Of a stretch of 64,000 nucleotides of DNA, positions 58,719-64,000 are shown piece after piece. Location: contig CAXXLZ010000002.1 of NCBI GenBank assembly GCA_963675595.2, positions 1,312,001-1,376,000 on the forward strand, written 5' to 3'. The notes beneath the pieces were generated by a model. It was given only the letters and a program-made list of their open reading frames with translations. It searched no databases and had not been told where the DNA came from. The stretch comes from Thermodesulfobacteriota bacterium. GTDB taxonomy: Bacteria; Desulfobacterota; Desulfarculia; JACQYL01. The position numbers were made by a program, and so were the translations under genes. Position 1 is the stretch's first letter. Every line of letters begins with the position of its first letter.

Positions 58719-61700
58719 TTACTGCGCGTCGGGGTACTTGAGCGAAACCGGATAGGTCCCGGACAATTGAGGGACAACGAGCGTCACCCGGCCTTGGTTT
58801 GTTTCCGTGAGTCCCAGGTTGATCGTGTACCCTTGGCCCAACACATCGTTGGAGGCGAAAACGCCGCCCGTGTAGTCGGGGTCCAGGAAAGCGGTCAGAT
58901 GCCCCGCAGCGAGCGTGACCATCACGCAGGATCCCGTTTCGTATTTCTGAAGATAGAAATTCACCGAGCCGTCCGAGCTGTTCCAGATCCCGTTGGGCGG
59001 GATGTACGGATTGGTGATCGGTGTGTCCGGATATTCGAGAGACACCGGAGTCGTCGTTGTGTGCGACGGATAATTCACCGTGAGTGCGCCGGCGGACGAG
59101 CTCGTGAGGTTCAGAACGACGGACCGGCCCTGGCTGAGCACGTCGTTGGACACGTTGATTCCGTCGGCATACCCCGTGTCCAAAAACGCCGTCAAAGCGC
59201 CCCCGTCCAAGACGACCAAAACGCAGGAACCCGTCTGATACTTCTGCAGGAAGAACTTGAGTGACGCGTCCGTGCTCCTCCATATCCCATTCGCCGGGGC
59301 TTCCTGGGAAGCTCCCACGGTTTGGATCACCTGCGTCGATTTCGGGAGCGAGATGTAGCCTTTGTCATCCATGGCGTAAAAGGATACGTCGTAGGTTCCC
59401 ATCACGGAGAAATAGCCGTAGGTGCCCTCGTATTTTCCGTCGGCCCCCGGCGAAAGGGCAATCACCGGGAGATCGGTTACCGGCTGAGTCGGATCCGTCA
59501 CGACGTAGTCGGGGGGCGTTATCACGGCCCATACATCCGTCAGTGTTTCCGTTGTCGCTATATTTTGCGTCCACAACGTCGCGGACGTTTCACCGCTCAG
59601 CGTCTGAACCGGCGACACGGTGGTAACGACGGGGACGTCGGCCAGTTGCAGGTTGCCGAAACCAATGGTGATATTCCGGGCCGTCGACAAGTCGGAATCC
59701 TCATTGGGGATCCCGTTTCCATCGGCGTCCAGGAGCGGAGTCTGCTTGAAGGTGGCAAAAGAGTGCGGCATGGCCATTCTGGACACATCAAAGGCATTGC
59801 CCACGGTTGCACCGGAAAAGACTTGCTTCCAGAAGAAATCGGAGAATGAAATCGTTCCTTTGACGAATTGAGCGGTTTCGCCCGCCGACGCACTCGTGAC
59901 CACAATGCGCGTCTTCCCCTCGGGAGCCGTAAGAAGCGGAACGAAGCTTCCCGAATAACAGGCTTCGTAAACAACCACGGCACGGCCGGAAATATCCTCT
60001 TGCAGCGTATCGAGCCATCCGTCCAATTCCGTTGCATTCACGACTTCGGTTTCATTGATTCTGAACGTGCCGTCCCCCCCGTGATCCGCCAGGTAGACGA
60101 CCACGTCACGGGCGCCCACGGCCCACGATGTCAGTACGCTCGAGAGGTTCGCCCGGGTCGCATCGAGCACAAGATCGTCCTCCAACCCGTTCCCGTCAGG
60201 GTCTCTATCCGATCCGGCCGTCACGTAATAGATGTTCTCCTTGTCAAATCCCTGCACCCGAAGGGTCCGGTATACGAATGCCGTGAGCATTTGCGTCGCG
60301 TCCCAGATATTGTTTCCGGGATAGGGACCGCCTCCGGCCACAATCACGGCTTTGTCCGAAGCAACGACTTCCGACGGGAAAAACGCCTGGATTCGGTTGT
60401 TGCTGAATTCGGAAACGAATACCGTCCCATCGGACCCAACGGTCAAGCCGACGGGCTGGCTGAGCTGCCCGGCGCTTGTCCCCCCGGCGCCCCAGGTTCC
60501 CAGGAAATCACCATTCGATGAGAACTTCTGAATGCGATCGTTCTCCAGCCATTCCGCAACGTAGACATTGCCTGCCGCGTCCACTGTGACGCACGTCGGC
60601 TTGAAAAACTGCCCGACTCCACTTCCCTCGGTTCCCCACCGCATCACGAAATCGCCCGCGGAAGTGAATTTCTGGATGCGATGATTGTCCGTGTCGGCCA
60701 CGTACACGTAGTTGTCGGGGCCGACCGCGATGCCTCCCGGTTTCTTGAATTTTCCATCGGCGCTGCCTTCGCCGCCCCATTGGGTGACATACACACCGCC
60801 GTCGGTGAACTTCTGGACGCGATGGTTATATCGATCGCATACGTAAACGTGCCCGGTGCCGTCCGCCGCCACGCCGACGGGGTCGTCGAACTGGCCGTCG
60901 CCTTCCCCGGCGCTCCCCCATCCGGTGAGGTATTCCCATGTCGGGCTGAATTTCTGAACGGACCTCTCCGTGGAGACGTCCGTCACATAGATATTGCCGG
61001 AACCGTCCACCGCGATGGCCCGTGGATTGGTGAACCGGCCGGGTTCCGTGCCGGGGCCTCCCCGTTGAGACACGTACGCACCCGTCGGCGTGAATTCCTG
61101 GATACGGTCGTTCCAAGAGTCCACGGCGTAGAGGTTCCCGGATGAGGCGGTTGCGAGACCGAAAGGCCGGAAGAATTGACCGTCTCCCTCTCCGTCGCTC
61201 CCCCATTTGGCGACAAACGAACCGTCCGGCAGGAACTTCTGTATCCGATCATTCAGGAAATCGACCACATACACGTGCCCTTGGCCGTCCACCGCCACTC
61301 CCTTGGGATACGTGAACTTCCCGTCGGATGTGCCGTTTCCGCCCCATCGGGTGACATACTGCCCGTTTGACGCGTACTTGATCACCAAGTGGGTTTGATA
61401 ATCAGTCACATACACGTTTCCGGATTCGTCCCGCGCCGAGGCATAGGCCGACTCCAAAGCTCCATCGCCGGTTCCGTCTCCACCCCACGTATCGAGCAGC
61501 TCTCCCTGACCACTGAATCTCTGAAGCGCGTTGTTGGCATCGGTCACATAGACCACGCCCGCTTCGTCCACCATGATGCCTTGAGGATACGTGAAATTCC
61601 CTTCCGAGGTCCCCCACTCGCCCCAAGAGAGAAGAAAGCCGCCTTCACTCGAGAACTTCTGCACTCGCGCGTTGTACGTGTCCGCCACATAGACGTTGCC

Positions 61701-62168
61701 GTCGCCGTCCGTCGCAACGCCGAAGGGCTGTTGGAACTGCCCGTCCCCGCCGCCGTTGCCGCCCCACTCGAGAAGAAACTCTCCATCCAGGGTGAACTTC
61801 TGAATGCGGTGGTTATCCGTGTCCGCCACGTACACGAAACCGGACGGATCCACGGCGATCCCTTGCGGCAGATCGAACTCACCGGGCTCCGAACCCTCAC
61901 GACCCCATTTGGCGATCAGTTGGCCTTCCGCGGTGAATTTCAACACTCTGTAGTTGCCCGCATCCAGCACATACACGTTATCGGTGGAATCCACCGCGAT
62001 TCCGCTCAGGAATCGGAAGTACCAGGGCTGCTGTAGGGTGGGCCATAAGCGTGCGTATTCATACGTTTCACCGGCGAACGCCTGTGCGGCCATGGGCAGG
62101 AAGCACCAGAGACCTATCGTCAATGTGATCCATATCCGCTGATGTCTTTTCACCTTGCTTCGTGACAT
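58719..62168 (-). CDS. Secreted NHL-repeat beta-propeller protein with a peptidase C13/caspase-like domain
   Basis: Signal peptide and about 12 F..P.GIAVD..G.VYVAD..N.RIQKF repeats. VYLADHGG and VYEACYSGSF give a His/Cys dyad. Duplicated ~90-aa C-terminal module. Confidence 0.85.
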   Translation of the reverse strand: MSRSKVKRHQRIWITLTIGLWCFLPMAAQAFAGETYEYARLWPTLQQPWYFRFLSGIAVDSTDNVYVLDAGNYRVLKFTAEGQLIAKWGREGSEPGEFDLPQGIAVDPSGFVYVADTDNHRIQKFTLDGEFLLEWGGNGGGDGQFQQPFGVATDGDGNVYVADTYNARVQKFSSEGGFLLSWGEWGTSEGNFTYPQGIMVDEAGVVYVTDANNALQRFSGQGELLDTWGGDGTGDGALESAYASARDESGNVYVTDYQTHLVIKYASNGQYVTRWGGNGTSDGKFTYPKGVAVDGQGHVYVVDFLNDRIQKFLPDGSFVAKWGSDGEGDGQFFRPFGLATASSGNLYAVDSWNDRIQEFTPTGAYVSQRGGPGTEPGRFTNPRAIAVDGSGNIYVTDVSTERSVQKFSPTWEYLTGWGSAGEGDGQFDDPVGVAADGTGHVYVCDRYNHRVQKFTDGGVYVTQWGGEGSADGKFKKPGGIAVGPDNYVYVADTDNHRIQKFTSAGDFVMRWGTEGSGVGQFFKPTCVTVDAAGNVYVAEWLENDRIQKFSSNGDFLGTWGAGGTSAGQLSQPVGLTVGSDGTVFVSEFSNNRIQAFFPSEVVASDKAVIVAGGGPYPGNNIWDATQMLTAFVYRTLRVQGFDKENIYYVTAGSDRDPDGNGLEDDLVLDATRANLSSVLTSWAVGARDVVVYLADHGGDGTFRINETEVVNATELDGWLDTLQEDISGRAVVVYEACYSGSFVPLLTAPEGKTRIVVTSASAGETAQFVKGTISFSDFFWKQVFSGATVGNAFDVSRMAMPHSFATFKQTPLLDADGNGIPNEDSDLSTARNITIGFGNLQLADVPVVTTVSPVQTLSGETSATLWTQNIATTETLTDVWAVITPPDYVVTDPTQPVTDLPVIALSPGADGKYEGTYGYFSVMGTYDVSFYAMDDKGYISLPKSTQVIQTVGASQEAPANGIWRSTDASLKFFLQKYQTGSCVLVVLDGGALTAFLDTGYADGINVSNDVLSQGRSVVLNLTSSSAGALTVNYPSHTTTTPVSLEYPDTPITNPYIPPNGIWNSSDGSVNFYLQKYETGSCVMVTLAAGHLTAFLDPDYTGGVFASNDVLGQGYTINLGLTETNQGRVTLVVPQLSGTYPVSLKYPDAQ

Positions 62169-62236
62169 GGTGATCTCCTCCGGGACTCGCTTTCACGGTC
62201 GGATTTAACATCCCGTTGAAAAATGCCGGCTGCCAC

Positions 62237-62356
62237 AGGCTGGTAAAAAACGACGACATGCAAGGCGCGTAAAACATTAGGGATGAGGCGCACAAAGCAG
62301 TACCGCACTGAGGAGGGATGAAGCGCAACGCGGCAGTTCGCGTTTTTCGGCAGTCT
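62237..62356. repeat. MITE-like repeat family A copy
   Basis: AGGCTGGTAAAAAACG...CGTTTTTCGGCAGTCT, colinear with 36835-36956. Confidence 0.75.
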
Positions 62357-62857
62357 GTTGAGGCTTACACTCGATCGGTATCTGTCCACGGACGTTTCCG
62401 TCGAAGATGTCGGCTTCCCGATTATGAACACAACAAAGACCGGTTCGTCCATGAAAAACCGTCCATGCGGGAGTAACCTTGTAACGAATTTCCACGAATC
62501 GGTATTTTACTATGTTGGACGGCACATGCTGCTCGTTTTGCGAATCGCGTACGCGATTCGTAGAAGCGCAACGGGGGTCCGTTGGTCTCCCGGCGGGGGG
62601 TGCCGGGGTCCGTCCCACAGCGCGTGGCGAAACCGAAGTGGGGAGTTTTTCTGCCGATTCAAGAGATGGGGGACCGCTGGAGATATGTGAGGGAATTTAT
62701 TTCCCCCCTCAGCCTCTCCGCCCAAGGCGGCGAGGCCTGTTTGCGATGCTCTTGAGGGGGCGCGAGGAGGAAAAGGTGGGCCTCCGGCCGTCTTCCGGGC
62801 GGGCACTGCGGATTGCCCTTACAACAGGCGAGGCCCCCATGAAGGGTTGCCTCTCGA

Positions 62858-63052
62858 CTACATTTTCACCATGGCTGCGCCGCAGCAGCTGAAGCTGCAA
62901 TCCGAGCTTTCGTCGGCGCAGGAGTCACAGCATTGATCCTGTCCTTCGTGGTTGCAGCTCTTGACGACCTTGAGCTCCAGCCCGCAGTTCTTACAAGCAT
63001 ATACTTCGCCGACTTTCATGTCATTGCAGTGAACATGGTTGTGATGGGCCAT
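62858..63052 (-). CDS. Small Cys/His-rich metal-binding protein (desulforedoxin-like CxxC...CC with an insert)
   Basis: MKVGEVYACKNCGLELKVVK...SCCGAAM. 10 Cys and 5 His in 64 aa. GAGGAG RBS. Confidence 0.8.
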   Translation of the reverse strand: MAHHNHVHCNDMKVGEVYACKNCGLELKVVKSCNHEGQDQCCDSCADESSDCSFSCCGAAMVKM

Positions 63053-63143
63053 TTTGCTTCTCCTCGGTTTTCAAGGGTTTCATGATACCACATGCCGAAA
63101 CAGGCAGTTGTCCTTCAAAGCGAACCGCCTTATACATATACCA

Positions 63144-63181
63144 TGACGGTGTATATACCCCCTATATGTATATACCGTCAA
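63144..63181 (-). promoter_or_regulatory. Sigma70-like promoter overlapping a CsoR/RcnR-type operator
   Basis: Minus strand TTGACG-GTATATACATATAGGGGG-TATATA. TAC...G-tract...GTA pseudo-palindrome inside a longer inverted repeat. Confidence 0.6.
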
Positions 63182-63741
63182 GCTCTCTTTAAGAATCAGG
63201 GTGTGGGGATCCGTGCGTCTCGATCCACGGATTTCATACGAATGGTGGCTGGGTGACGGCGGAAGAACGCCGAGAGAGGGGTCGGGTGAGAGGGAGGTCG
63301 GGTCTTGCTTCTTGTCCCTTTCCGGACTGAGTCGCTCCGACCGCTAACCCTTTGACGATCTGATTTCTCCTTTGATTCTCGCCCGATATGGCCGGAGGCA
63401 ATGATCGGGCATGCGGTTTTTTTGCACTTCCACTGAAGGCTACCGCCAAGCCGACGCGTCCGGGTGGGGCCCGGAGGGCCATACCGTGGTGTTTTACCAC
63501 CAAAACGGTCAGGCCGCCCGTCGGTTCACCACCATGGAAAAAAAGGGAGAACCCCGGTGCTGAGCGGACCCTTCCAGGCCCAAGCCGCCTTCACCCATGT
63601 GCCGACGGAAAGCCGCCGATAAGGCCTGCTTTAAGCCTCCTAATTCACAAGGCATCATTAAAACGATGCCCCTTATCTGCTTGAAACACGCCTGCAATTA
63701 GACAACCTATCAAAATTATAATACTTGATGAGGAGTATCGG

Positions 63742-63841
63742 CCTCACATGGTGGAAATTCCGAGTCCGAACTTCGGACCGCCCACCACCAAATAAGTACC
63801 GTCGCTCTGCGGGGCCGTTCGATTTCCGCCGGCCTTTTTTC
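63742..63841 (+). repeat. Degenerate direct copy of the tRNA-Val 3' half plus terminator (att-like)
   Basis: 44/52 identity to 36482-36533 by manual alignment, followed by a similar GGGGCC.TTCGATTTC.G..GGCC-T-run hairpin. Confidence 0.75.
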
Positions 63842-64000
63842 TCGGGTTGGAGGAAGACGGAGGCGGCCGTGCAGAGACTGCAAACGGAGCTGTCCGGTAG
63901 ATTGAGCTCGGAAGAACCTACACGGTTCCGCATCATTCGGGAGGGACTCATGTTGAAAAGATGCACGATGTTTGCGATCGGGGTTTTGGGAATCCTGCTC

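Noticed and set aside
29861-62823. CRISPR array
   Set aside because: The repeats are dispersed, variable and not regularly spaced. No cas genes are present.
63270-63620. Group II intron 3' end or 6S RNA
   Set aside because: No domain V consensus or RT remnant, and no long 6S-type rod. Only superficial motifs.
63710-63790. Second functional tRNA-Val
   Set aside because: The 5' acceptor strand and D arm are absent, and the T loop reads GTCCGAAC. Treated as a fragment.

Overview
GC-rich bacterial chromosomal window. Gene content suggests an anaerobic Desulfobacterota/deltaproteobacterium; this is inference. The left ~32 kb is mostly core or stress genes: the cheA 5' end and a STAS protein, a SidJ-related pseudokinase, Usp, a fused MrfA/Hrq1-type helicase-exonuclease, an M48 protease, a glycosyl hydrolase/glycosyltransferase/TreT sugar cluster, an ABC efflux operon, a 10-heme OTR-like cytochrome c, a ferritin-like protein and superoxide reductase. 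The right half is an accessory region. An IS4 sits inside a palindromic repeat and is itself interrupted by an IS1182-like element, of which a second copy interrupts another gene. tRNA-Val(CAC) has a degenerate 3' copy ~27 kb downstream (possible island ends). Between them lie TA modules, a Shedu (DUF4263) nuclease, an IS3, a pst operon with three PstS paralogues, an NHL-repeat/C13 protease and a small Cys/His-rich protein behind a CsoR-like operator. Intergenic DNA is filled with several families of REP/MITE-like palindromes. The best-supported highlight is an IS1111-type IS110 element inserted into the stem of one of these palindromes. Its 3' non-coding end contains a bridge-RNA-like loop whose two arms match the insertion site, and its joined ends rebuild a TTGACT-N17-TACCAT promoter. 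All family calls come from motif recognition by eye, not from database searches.
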